Of a stretch of 64,000 nucleotides of DNA, positions 9,694 through 19,205 are shown piece by piece. The stretch lies in the NCBI GenBank assembly GCA_039028615.1, contig JBCCHT010000014.1, forward strand, positions 128,001-192,000, read 5' to 3'. The DNA comes from Myxococcota bacterium. GTDB lineage: Bacteria; Myxococcota_A; Polyangia; Nannocystales; Nannocystaceae. The notes beneath the pieces are model-generated. The model made no database searches. It had not been told where the DNA came from and saw nothing but the letters and a program-made list of their open reading frames with translations. Both the position numbers and the translations under genes were made by a program. Within the stretch, counting starts at the first letter, position 1. Every line of letters starts with the position of its first letter.

Positions 9694-11268
9694 ATGCGCG
9701 TGACCCTGGGCCCGGCGACGCGCCGATGGCTGACGGTCGGTTTTGCCGCGGCAACGTTGTTGCTGGGCAGCTGGCTGTGGTTTCGCACGCGCGCGACACC
9801 TCCGGCCGAGACCGCGGCTGCCCCCGCGAGCCCCGAGCCGGCCGAGGTCGCCGACGAACCTGCGGCCGAGCCAGAACCCGAGCCCGCCCTCCCCTCCGAC
9901 TGCGATGCGCTGGCTCGACGCGCGGTCGACCACGACGCCGACGCGACGCTGCTGGCGTGGCTGTGCCCCTCGCATCCGCTCGATCCGGTCACGGCTCGGG
10001 CGTTGTTGCTGTCGGTCCGCAGCGCCGATGAGGCGGCCGCCGTCGCGCCTCGGCTCGCCGACTTCCCCTCGTTGCAGGGGCTGGCGCAGTTGGTGGCGCA
10101 GACGCGAGCGCCCCCCGTGCCAGGGCTGCTGCCCAACCCCAATCGAGCGGTGGTCAATCCGGTCGACGCGCGCGTGTTGGCCCGCGTTCAACAGGCGCAA
10201 GCGCTCATCACCGAGCCGGGACTGCCGCTGGCGGAGCGGACTCGGGCGCGAGCCTATGTCGCCAAGGTCTACCTGCAGGCGACGCAGCAGCTCGGCGTCA
10301 CGGTGGGGCGACCGCCCGGGCCCTTTGCTCGGCTGCTCACCGGACGCGCGCTGTACTACGGCCGCAGCTTCACGCTGTCGTACTGGCGCAACCGCGTGGC
10401 GGGACTCGCCCGGCTCTTCGCCGAGATCGAGACCCGGCTGCTGGAGCTGTGCCTGGCGCTGGAAGGCGGCCCCTGGTCGGGCGACGGAGCCCGGCTGGCG
10501 GTGGAGCTCGAGCGAACCCGGCGGTATCTGCAGCTGGAGGGACCCACCGCCCGCATCGAGCGTCGGCTCGCCGAGCGCGGCACGACGCCCTGGAGCCTCG
10601 AACGACTGCTGCCGCCGCCCAACGCCATCGAGCGCCTGCTCGGTCACGGCTTCGTCGACCTGGCCATTGCGCGGGCGCTGGACGAAGGCCGACGCGCGGA
10701 TGGACCGGGCCTGGCCCCCACCGAGCAGCTACTGCGCGACACCCTCGCTCGTGCCGAACAGGGCGAGTACCTCGCGCTGATGGAGCGTCGTTTCGCTCGC
10801 GTGCGGGCCCGCAGCTCGGCCCCGGCCGAGCACGCGGCGGGCGAGATGACCCACGCGGCAGAACGAGCGTGGCCCGGGGCCAGCCAGGTCGCGGACGAAG
10901 CTGCGCACTGGCTGGTGCGGGCCCCCGCACGCGGGTTCGCCCGGCACTACGCCCTGGGGCGCGCGCTGCTGCTCGTGCGCGACCGACCCGATGCTCTGGT
11001 GCAGCTGCTCGATCGAGCCAGCGATGCCGCCGCGCCGCCGTCGTTGGCTGCCGCCGAGCCGTGGCTGCTCGAGGAGCTCGACGCCCGTGACGACGGGCGA
11101 CGCAGCTGGCTGAGGCGCCGGGTCGCGGCCGAGTCTGCCACCACAGGCCCGGAGGCACTCGCGACCATGGACGCCGAAGAGACCCACCGTCGACGCAGTT
11201 TCGCCCTGCGGCTCCGCGAGGCGGACCGGCTCCCCCGCGGGCCGGGCATGCTCCCTCGCGCCGGTTGA
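9694..11268 (+). CDS. Hypothetical membrane-anchored helical protein (524 aa)
   Basis: N-terminal TM segment, Pro/Glu linker, Ala/Leu/Arg-rich body; 7 nt after the PilZ gene. Confidence 0.65.
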   Translation: MRVTLGPATRRWLTVGFAAATLLLGSWLWFRTRATPPAETAAAPASPEPAEVADEPAAEPEPEPALPSDCDALARRAVDHDADATLLAWLCPSHPLDPVTARALLLSVRSADEAAAVAPRLADFPSLQGLAQLVAQTRAPPVPGLLPNPNRAVVNPVDARVLARVQQAQALITEPGLPLAERTRARAYVAKVYLQATQQLGVTVGRPPGPFARLLTGRALYYGRSFTLSYWRNRVAGLARLFAEIETRLLELCLALEGGPWSGDGARLAVELERTRRYLQLEGPTARIERRLAERGTTPWSLERLLPPPNAIERLLGHGFVDLAIARALDEGRRADGPGLAPTEQLLRDTLARAEQGEYLALMERRFARVRARSSAPAEHAAGEMTHAAERAWPGASQVADEAAHWLVRAPARGFARHYALGRALLLVRDRPDALVQLLDRASDAAAPPSLAAAEPWLLEELDARDDGRRSWLRRRVAAESATTGPEALATMDAEETHRRRSFALRLREADRLPRGPGMLPRAG

Positions 11269-11287
11269 GCGGGTCCGCAGCGGGGGT

Positions 11288-11323
11288 TTGCACAAACTGT
11301 GCACCGTTGCACGAACTGTGTAC
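11288..11323. promoter_or_regulatory. Tandem palindromic sites, putative enhancer for a sigma54 activator
   Basis: TTGCACAAACTGTGCAC-CG-TTGCACGAACTGTGTAC: two 17-mers at 19-bp period, each TGCAC-N5-GTG(C/T)A. Confidence 0.55.
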
Positions 11324-11366
11324 TCGAACTCGGGTCGGCCGGCGTCCAGGTATGTGGAAGTAGGTC

Positions 11367-11381
11367 CGGCACGGCTCTTGC
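11367..11381 (+). promoter_or_regulatory. Sigma54 (-24/-12) promoter
   Basis: CGGCACGGCTCTTGC matches YGGCACG-N4-TTGC with exact GG-N10-GC spacing, 31 nt before ATG 11413. Confidence 0.7.
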
Positions 11382-11412
11382 GATGTCTCCTCCGCAGGGA
11401 GGCGACGAGACT

Positions 11413-12540
11413 ATGCAGATTTCCACGTGGCGAGCAGCGATCCATGTCGGAGCACTCGGGGTGCTCATCGGGGGCTGTGGCCCCGCAGCGCGAGGGACGG
11501 GCGGCGCACTCTCGGGTGGGTTCACCGGAGACGACGCCGCATCCACCGGGCCCATCGACGGCACCGACGACGGTCATGAATCGGGCGAGGACGACGGCGA
11601 GGCCACCGACGGCGACGAGCCCTGGCCGCCCGACTCCGGCTCCGATTCCGACGGCGACGACACCGAAGGCGCCGACGCGGGCCCCATCGCGTGCGCGTAC
11701 ACGTCGACCACCTTCGGCCAGCCGCTGCAGCACCTGGACGTGATGGACCCCGACTCGCCCGTGCGGCTGACCTTCTCCGTGCCGGGCCTGCCCGACCCCG
11801 CCCTCATCGAGTCCGTGCGCCTGCGCTTCGACAGCTACGACGCCGATCACCCCGGCGAGGAGGGCTACATCTACGTCGGCGACGGCGTGTTCGACATCCC
11901 CGCCGACACCGACTGGGAAGAGCAACCGTCGACCGGCGACATCGACATCACGGGGCACACGGTGGCCGGCGCCAACCTCATCGAGTTCGGTCCGGGCCCC
12001 CTGCCCCGCTCCTACTTCTTCATCGGTCAGGTGCAGCTCGACGTGATCGCGTACATCGACACCTGCGACGACGCCGGCGACATGGACAACGACTGGGACG
12101 GCGTGGAGCAGACCATCGGCTATCGCGACGCCGAGTACACCGGTCGCCACAACTGGGTGTTGCGCTGCGACGGGCCCGAGTATGCGTTCACGGCCGCCAA
12201 CGGCAAGCATGCCGACAAGGACTGCGACGGTCTCTATGCCCCCGACGGCAGCGCCCACGGCACGGCCACCTTCCACTTCGAGGACGTGGTCGAGGACGAC
12301 TACCTCGTGCAGGTGCACGCCTACCACACGTGGAATCGCAACCCGAACGGCGCGCTGGTGTGGGTCGAGGGCGTGTCCGGGCGCGTGCACCAGCGCAGCG
12401 AGGCGGAAGGCGTCTCCTCGTTCGAGACGGTGGACTGGGGCATCGCCCACCTGTCCGGCGACGTGGACATCGTGATGGACAGCGCCGAAGGGGGCTACGC
12501 CAGCGATGCGGTCAGCTGGATCCGCATCGTGCCCCAATGA
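11413..12540 (+). CDS. Lipoprotein with acidic linker and two beta domains (C-terminal golvesin/Xly CBD-like)
   Basis: Lipobox LIGGC; Asp/Gly/Thr linker; C-terminal GTATFHF...YLVQVH...NRN...VHQR...ASDAVSW pattern. Confidence 0.7.
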   Translation: MQISTWRAAIHVGALGVLIGGCGPAARGTGGALSGGFTGDDAASTGPIDGTDDGHESGEDDGEATDGDEPWPPDSGSDSDGDDTEGADAGPIACAYTSTTFGQPLQHLDVMDPDSPVRLTFSVPGLPDPALIESVRLRFDSYDADHPGEEGYIYVGDGVFDIPADTDWEEQPSTGDIDITGHTVAGANLIEFGPGPLPRSYFFIGQVQLDVIAYIDTCDDAGDMDNDWDGVEQTIGYRDAEYTGRHNWVLRCDGPEYAFTAANGKHADKDCDGLYAPDGSAHGTATFHFEDVVEDDYLVQVHAYHTWNRNPNGALVWVEGVSGRVHQRSEAEGVSSFETVDWGIAHLSGDVDIVMDSAEGGYASDAVSWIRIVPQ

Positions 12541-12541
12541 G

Positions 12542-15247
12542 CTAGTGCTCGGCGGGGTCGTGCGCCTGCTGCCATCGCGTCAGCCGCTCGAGCTGCGACG
12601 CGGAGGCCCCTGCCTTCATCCCCGCGGCTTTGGCTTCGGCCACCAGCTGCGCGGCGCGATGGCGGTCGCCTCCGCCGTCCCACAGGGCCCGGGCGAGCGC
12701 GAACCGAGCCCGCAGGGCGAGCATGCCCACGTCGGGTCGTTGCTCGAGCGCGACGAGGGCCGGCTCGAGCAACGGCAACGCCTGCGACGACCGCCCCAGC
12801 TCGATCCGCAGCTCCGCCACGTCCACCGCCGACTCCAGCGACTCCGGGTGCTCCGCCCCGTACAGGTCGACCCGAAGCTTCAGGGCCTGCTGCTGCAGAT
12901 CCAGCGCCTCGTCCCGGCGTCCGTAGTGCGCGTGCACGCGGGCCATGCTGCCGAGCGTGGCCGCCAACGCAGGGTGCTGAGAGGCCCCCTGCCCCCGCTC
13001 GATGGTCAACGCCTGCTCGAAGCGCTGCATGGCCTCGTCCCAGCGCCCGTCCTCGAGCAAGGCGTGGCCCGTGTTGTGGAGCAGAAAGCCGACGTCGGGG
13101 TGCTCGTCGCCCAGGATCCGTCGCGTGACCTCGAGGGCGTGGTCGAGCAGCGGCAGCGCCCGGTCGGGGCGCCCGCGCTGGTTCTCCAGCGTGCCGAGTC
13201 GGCTCAGGGCCGTGGCCACGCTCAGGTGGTCCTCCCCGAGGTGCTCCGTGGCGATCTGCAGGGCTCGGGTCAACGACGACTGGGCCCCTTCGATGTCCCC
13301 CACCGTGGCCTGCACGATTCCGAGGTTCGTGAAGCTGCCCATGAGGTCGAGGTGGTCTTCACCCAAGGCCGCCGCCTTGATGGCCAGCACCGCCTCGTGC
13401 CCCGCTCGGGCTTCGTCGTAGGCCCCGCGCGCCCAGTGCACCACCGCCACGTTGTTCAGCAGTGCGGTGCGCCTCGGGTCGTCGTCGGCCAAGCCCATTC
13501 GACGTGCGATGGCGACGCCCAGATCGTGGATCCGCAGCGCTTCGTCGTGCCGACTCCGGCCGTAGCCCACCACGTAGACCAGGCGCGCCACGGATCGGAG
13601 CGCGGCCGCGTCGTCCCCCGCCCCCACCGCGAGGGTCAGGGCTTCGGACGCAGCCTCCTCCGCCTCGTCGTAGCGCCCGAGCGCTTCGAGGGCCTCCGCC
13701 CGATCGAGCTGAACCTCGGCGATTTCGGGCGACCACGCCACAGTGCGGGCGTGGTCCAGCGTCTCGTCCGCGCGTTCCATCGCCTGCGCGACGCGGCCGG
13801 CCGCGAGCTTGGCCGTGGTCTCCGATCGGGCTTGCCGAAGCGCGGCCACGGACTCACGGGTGGCCGCGTCGGGCGGGAGCGAGGGCCGTGCCCGCAGCCA
13901 CTCCGCGTCCGTGCACAGCGACGCGTCCGGCAGGTTGATGGCCGCCCGCACCGCTCGCCGCACCATCGTGTCGTCGGCTCGCTGCAGCTCCGTCAGCAAC
14001 GCCGCGACCGCGAGCCGTCGCTCCTCCAGGCACTCCAGCGCGACCGGAGACTCGGCCTCCACCCCGGCTGGGTTCGGCGTGGACTCGCACACGGCCGCCC
14101 GGGCCTCGGACCACCGCCGCGCGTGCTCGTCGATCCAGCGCGAGGCCTGCTCGAACGCAAACTCCGAGCCCGCGCCACCCGAGGACTCGAAGTTCTGCCG
14201 CAGCCGTTGCCGGGCGTCGGCGCTCCAGACCTCCGCGATCGCGCTCGAGTGGGCCTGGCAGTCGGCGTCTCGTCGTTGTTGGTCTCGCCACTGAAGGCCC
14301 TGCCACCCTAGCAGCCCCGCGATGCCCACCACCCCGAAGGCCAGCGATCGGCGTCGACGAGCCGGGTCGCGACGCAAGTGCTCGAGCAGCTCTTCCATCG
14401 AGCCGAAGCGCTCGTCGGCATCGGGTCGCAGGCCCCGACGCAGCGGCGCCTGCAGGTGTCGCGGGATCTTCCGCGGGGCGTCGTCGGTCCCCAGCTCCAT
14501 CCGTTGCTTGGCCCCGTACAGGTCACGAAGGTCGAACGGCCGCCCCCCGGTCAGCGCCTCCCACAGCGAGACACAAAACGCGTACTGGTCACTCTTGGCG
14601 TCGGCGGGCCGCCCCTCGTGCTGCTCGGGCGCCAATTAGGCGGGCGTCCCCGTGACCATGCCGGTCCGGGTCCGCGACAAGTCGTCGGTCGGCTCCGGCT
14701 CGTCGGAACCGACCGGCTGCGTTCCCTCGAGCTCGCGCGCGATCCCGAAGTCGGTCACCAGGACCTGCCCCGCCTCGCTGCGCATGACATTGGCGGGCTT
14801 GAAGTCGCGATGCACCAGGCCGGCCCGATGCGCCGCCGCGAGCCCCCGCCCCGCCGCATCGAACACGGCCAGGGTCTCCCGCCAGCCCGGCTCCTGCTCC
14901 TGCAGCCAGGTCCGCAGCGACGCCCCTTCGACGTACTCCATCACCATGAAGGGCTGCCGGTCCTCCTCCTCGACGTCGTACACGGCCACGATGTTGGGGT
15001 GCGAGAGCTTGGCCATGGCTCGGGCCTCTCGCACGATGGCCTGCCGCCCTCGCTCGTCTTGCGCTCCGAACAGCAGCTTGATCGCGACCTCTCGACGCAG
15101 CCTCGGATCGTAGGCACGAAACACCTGCCCCATCGCGCCGCTGCCCGCCGAGCCCAGCACCGCGTAGCGACCGATTCGAACCCGCTCACGGCTTTGCCTT
15201 CGATCTCCGCCGACGTCGTCACCGACCACCGTGGGTGCGGTGTCCAT
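12542..15247 (-). pseudogene. Ser/Thr protein kinase-TM-TPR gene interrupted by an in-frame TAA at 14636-14638
   Basis: Upstream ORF has [26 protein letters not shown] and ends GTPA*. The same frame continues TTG GCG CCC GAG CAG (LAPEQ...DQYAFCVSLWE), then TM and TPR repeats. Confidence 0.8.
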
Positions 15248-15336
15248 GTCGGTGGCCGACGTCACCCTTCGATCTTCTCAGCTGCGCCCCGGCCTGCGCA
15301 AACCCGATGCCTGCTACACTCGTCGCGGTAGCCGGG

Positions 15337-16626
15337 ATGAGCGACGAGATCGAGACCCTTCCGCTCGGCCATCACGAGGCTCGGATCGAGCTGCTCGTGA
15401 TCGTGGGGGGACAGACCCAGTCGCATACCGTAGACGCTGCCGACCGGGTCGTACTGGGACGCTCTCGCTCCGCGACCATCACCGTCGATCACCCTTCCAT
15501 CTCGCGGGAGCACGCCCGGATCGAGTTCGGCGACCGCACGATGTTCACCGACCTGGGCAGCTCCAACGGCTCCCGCGTCCGCGGCGACCGGGTCCCGCCG
15601 AACACCCCGGTGCCGGTCGGGGACGGCGAGCTGATCGAGCTGGGTTCCGCCCTCGTCGTCGTGCACGACCATCGACTGCGCGAGCCCGCCGATCGCTCCA
15701 TCCGCATCGAGATTCCCCCGGACGAATCGGCCATGGACACCGTGCGGGCGGCGGCCAGTCGCGCCGCGCTGCACGGGCTCAACGTCCTCATCCAAGGCGA
15801 GACCGGCGTGGGCAAGGGGGTCATCGCCCGCGAGCTGCACGAGCGCTCGCCTCGCGCCCGCGGGCCCTTCGTGGTCGTCGATTGCACCTCCATCGCGCCC
15901 GAGCTGGCCGAGAGCGAGCTTTTTGGGCACGAAGCGGGCGCGTTCACCAGCGCCCGCGCGCCCAAGCCCGGCCTGCTCGAGACGGGCAACGGCGGCACGG
16001 TGTTCCTCGACGAGATCGGCGACCTCGATCCGCGCACCCAGGCCAAGCTCCTGCGGGTCATCGAGGAGCGACGGGCGCGGAGGGTCGGCAGCGTCACCGA
16101 GCACGACATCGACATTCGCATCGTGGCCGCGACCCACCGCGATCTCGAGGCCGAGGTCGTGGCCGGCAAGTTTCGCAAGGACCTGCTGTACCGGCTCAAC
16201 GCGGTGGTCATCGAGATCCCGCCGCTGCGCGCCCGTCGGTCCGAGATCATGCCGCTGGCGCAGCAGTTCCTCGCCGAGATGGCCCCCGGTCAGCCCTCGC
16301 CGACCTTCTCGGCCGACGCCCGACGCTGGCTGCTCGCCCACGACTGGCCCGGCAACGTCCGCGAGCTCCGCAATGTGATCGAGCGAGCCTTCGCCACCAT
16401 GACGGGCACGACGATCGAGCTCGAGCACGTGCGCCGCGACGGAGCCCCGACGCCTCCGCCCACCGCCGAGCAGATGTCCGAGCGAGACCGCATCGTCGAC
16501 GCCCTGGAGCGCTGCGTGGGCAACCAGACCAAGGCCGCCAAGATGCTCGGCATCTCGCGGCGGACCCTGATCTACCGCCTCGACATGTACGGCCTGCCGC
16601 GGCCCCGCAAAAAACGCCCTGGTTGA
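15337..16626 (+). CDS. FHA-domain sigma54-dependent enhancer-binding protein (FHA-AAA+-Fis HTH)
   Basis: FHA (LGRS..SISREHA..DLGSSNGS), GETGVGK, ESELFGHEAGAFTSA, FLDEIG, WPGNVREL, GNQTKAAKMLGISRRTL. Confidence 0.93.
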   Translation: MSDEIETLPLGHHEARIELLVIVGGQTQSHTVDAADRVVLGRSRSATITVDHPSISREHARIEFGDRTMFTDLGSSNGSRVRGDRVPPNTPVPVGDGELIELGSALVVVHDHRLREPADRSIRIEIPPDESAMDTVRAAASRAALHGLNVLIQGETGVGKGVIARELHERSPRARGPFVVVDCTSIAPELAESELFGHEAGAFTSARAPKPGLLETGNGGTVFLDEIGDLDPRTQAKLLRVIEERRARRVGSVTEHDIDIRIVAATHRDLEAEVVAGKFRKDLLYRLNAVVIEIPPLRARRSEIMPLAQQFLAEMAPGQPSPTFSADARRWLLAHDWPGNVRELRNVIERAFATMTGTTIELEHVRRDGAPTPPPTAEQMSERDRIVDALERCVGNQTKAAKMLGISRRTLIYRLDMYGLPRPRKKRPG

Positions 16627-16659
16627 CCGGCTGCGCGCGCTGCCGCATCGTCGGGGCGC

Positions 16660-17877
16660 ATGGAGGTCGCCGTCATCGGGGCCGGCGCGGCCGGGTTGGT
16701 CACCGCCCGTGAGCTCATGCGCGCGGGGCTGAGCGTCACCGTGTTCGAGCGGGCCGCCCACCCCACGGGGACGTGGGTCTACGGCGACAGCCCGCTGTAC
16801 GCCTCGCTGCGCACCAACCTCCCGCGCGACCTCATGGCGTTCGACGACTTCGCCTTCGAGGATGCGGGAGACCCTCGGCGCTTCCCCGGGCACGAGGAAG
16901 TGCGGCGCTACCTCGAGCGCTTCGCCCAGGCGCATGCCATCGGCCCACGCATGCGCACCGAGACCACCGTGACCGCGGTTGCCCCTCACACGATCCAGGG
17001 CCTGCGTTGGCGCGTCGCGTGGCGCGATGCCCAAGGCCCGGCCGAGGCCGACTTCGACGCGGTCGCCGTCTGCAACGGCCACTACCTCGAGCCCGAGATC
17101 CCGCGTCTACCCGGCACGGAGACCTTCGGCGGCCGCATCGTGCACAGCCGGCAGTACCGCGAGCCGAGTGCCTTCGCCGATCGCCATGTCGTGCTGTGGG
17201 GCGCCAAGTCCTCTGGCATCGACCTTTCGCGGGAGCTGTCGACCGTGGCCCGACGCGTGGTGCTGTGCAGCCGCGACTCGCCCCGTGTCGACGGGCTCGG
17301 CCCGCGGGGCAACCTCAATTTGCGGCCGAACATCACCGCCCTCGAGCCCGGAGGCATGCGCCTGTCCGACGGCAGCCGCGAAGCGGGGATCGATACGCTC
17401 ATCCTGTGCACGGGCTATCGCTATGCGTTCCCCTTCCTGGACCCGAGCGCGGGCGTGCTCGAGCCCGGCCCTGCGCGCGTGTTCCCGCTGCACCTCGATC
17501 TGCTGAGCACACGCTCGCTTCGCCTGGCCTTCGTGGGGCTGCCCTACCAGGTCGTGCCCTTTCCCCTGATGCATCGCCAGGCCCGCCTGTGGGCCACCGC
17601 GCTCACGGGCACGGCCGCGCTCCCCGAGGCTCCCGTCCGCCACTCCATGGCGCTCGAACGCGACGCCCGCTTCGCCGCCGCGGGCGTGCCTCCCCGGCAC
17701 CGCCTGCGCTACGGCCCCCGCCAGTTCCGCTACAACGCCCTGCTCGCCGAGCTGGCCGGAGACCCTCCGCCCCCGGCCTGGCGCGCGCAGCTCAATCGCA
17801 TCGTCGCCGAGCATCGCCGCCGCGACCCCGAGGGCTACCGCGACTTCGTATTCCCCACCGCGAGCGAGCTGGGCTAG
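16660..17877 (+). CDS. Flavin-containing monooxygenase (class B FMO)
   Basis: GAGAAG, LRTNLP, VCNGHY, FGGRIVHSRQY (FxGxxxHxxxY), CTGY. Confidence 0.9.
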   Translation: MEVAVIGAGAAGLVTARELMRAGLSVTVFERAAHPTGTWVYGDSPLYASLRTNLPRDLMAFDDFAFEDAGDPRRFPGHEEVRRYLERFAQAHAIGPRMRTETTVTAVAPHTIQGLRWRVAWRDAQGPAEADFDAVAVCNGHYLEPEIPRLPGTETFGGRIVHSRQYREPSAFADRHVVLWGAKSSGIDLSRELSTVARRVVLCSRDSPRVDGLGPRGNLNLRPNITALEPGGMRLSDGSREAGIDTLILCTGYRYAFPFLDPSAGVLEPGPARVFPLHLDLLSTRSLRLAFVGLPYQVVPFPLMHRQARLWATALTGTAALPEAPVRHSMALERDARFAAAGVPPRHRLRYGPRQFRYNALLAELAGDPPPPAWRAQLNRIVAEHRRRDPEGYRDFVFPTASELG

Positions 17878-17890
17878 TGCTCGTCGTTGG

Positions 17891-19009
17891 TCACTGCGTG
17901 GCCGAGACGGTCACGGGCTGATACGCGGCCTTCATGCACACCGAGACGTCCTCGAGGATCGACGGGCCGAAATCGGCCCCCATCGCCCCCTCCCACTCGC
18001 GGATGACGTCCTCGTCGATCGCGTGGTTGTCGACGCTGATGCTCGGCGTCTTCGCGGGCAGCTGCGCGTGCGGGCAATAGCCGATGGGGCGGCCGCGCAG
18101 GAACGGATCGAGGTCGTTGGGCTGATCGATGAACCCCAGCCAATGGATGAACGGCGCCCAGGTGCTCACCGGGTCCTTGTCCCGCGTGAAGTTGAACGGG
18201 ATGAAGGCCGCTCCGACGTTGTCGGCGAACTCTCCCACGAACACGCAGTCCCCGGTCTTCGGCGAGTTGAAGGCAAAATTGAAGACGCGGAAGCGGCTCC
18301 GGTCGTAGCCCCGGAAGGTCAGGTATCGATACGCGTACATCGAAAACAGCTGCGACGAGATACCGCCCAGGCTGTGCCCCGTGACGTGTACGTCGAGCCT
18401 CGCGTTGGGGTCGTCCAAGATATCGGCGATGACGGTGCGCAGGCGCATGCCGCAGCCGTCCCCGCAGCCATCGGCTTCGCCCCACATATAGTCGGACACG
18501 CGCTGGTGAAAGCCCTTGCCCACTTGCCCCGGGATCAGGGCGTCCGCCCCCGGGTGCTGCTCGATCCACGGGTTGCTCGCCTGAATTCGGCTCGTCATGC
18601 CGCTCGCGTTGGCGTTCCAATCCCGCCACGAAGTCTCCGCCGTGCCGCGAAACCCGATGATGATGCTGTGCTCGTTGCCGTTGGCGTATTGATAGACCTG
18701 GACCTTGCGCGCGCTCAGGTCCGCCCGATGCACGTGCCGTTTGCCGCCCAGGTCCACGGGCTGCGAGATCGACGGTACGTCGAGGGTGGGGTCGGTGGCG
18801 TAGGTCCGCAGCGCCACCATCGCCATGTCCCCCACGCGCAAGGCGAAGTCCGACGTCAGGATGCTGGCGCGGAAGGTGGAGCCCACCTCGTCGACGCCCG
18901 CCGTCTCCGTATCGCACGCGGTCGCGGCCATGCTCAGGGCCAGACCCAATCCCAGCAGCGAGGCCTTCGCAGTGGACCCATGACGTTGATTAGCACTGTC
19001 TCGTTGCAT
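17891..19009 (-). CDS. Lipase class 3 family lipoprotein
   Basis: Lipobox ATAC; IIIGFRGT, VGKGF, VTGHSLGG, DPV, terminal NH. Confidence 0.85.
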   Translation of the reverse strand: MQRDSANQRHGSTAKASLLGLGLALSMAATACDTETAGVDEVGSTFRASILTSDFALRVGDMAMVALRTYATDPTLDVPSISQPVDLGGKRHVHRADLSARKVQVYQYANGNEHSIIIGFRGTAETSWRDWNANASGMTSRIQASNPWIEQHPGADALIPGQVGKGFHQRVSDYMWGEADGCGDGCGMRLRTVIADILDDPNARLDVHVTGHSLGGISSQLFSMYAYRYLTFRGYDRSRFRVFNFAFNSPKTGDCVFVGEFADNVGAAFIPFNFTRDKDPVSTWAPFIHWLGFIDQPNDLDPFLRGRPIGYCPHAQLPAKTPSISVDNHAIDEDVIREWEGAMGADFGPSILEDVSVCMKAAYQPVTVSATQ

Positions 19010-19205
19010 CGATATCTCCGCGTCCGCGCTCGTCGAGCACGCCCCCGCGCGATGCCAAGCGAATACGCACCCGACTTCGGGCCTCGCTCGTCGCGACGCA
19101 GGCGAACTCCCGCCGATCCCTAAGTCCGCTTGCGGGCGCGAATCTCTTCACCCGCCGCGGGATTTTTCCAGACGCGGGCCGCGGTGATTCCCCGACCCGG
19201 TGGCG

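Noticed and set aside
14636..14638. Alternative genetic code (TAA read as Tyr)
   Set aside because: TAA serves as a normal stop elsewhere in the window (amidase 8989-8991, PLD 41781-41783).
12542..15265. Two independent genes (short kinase and TPR protein)
   Set aside because: The junction splits a conserved kinase motif in frame; treated as one interrupted gene.
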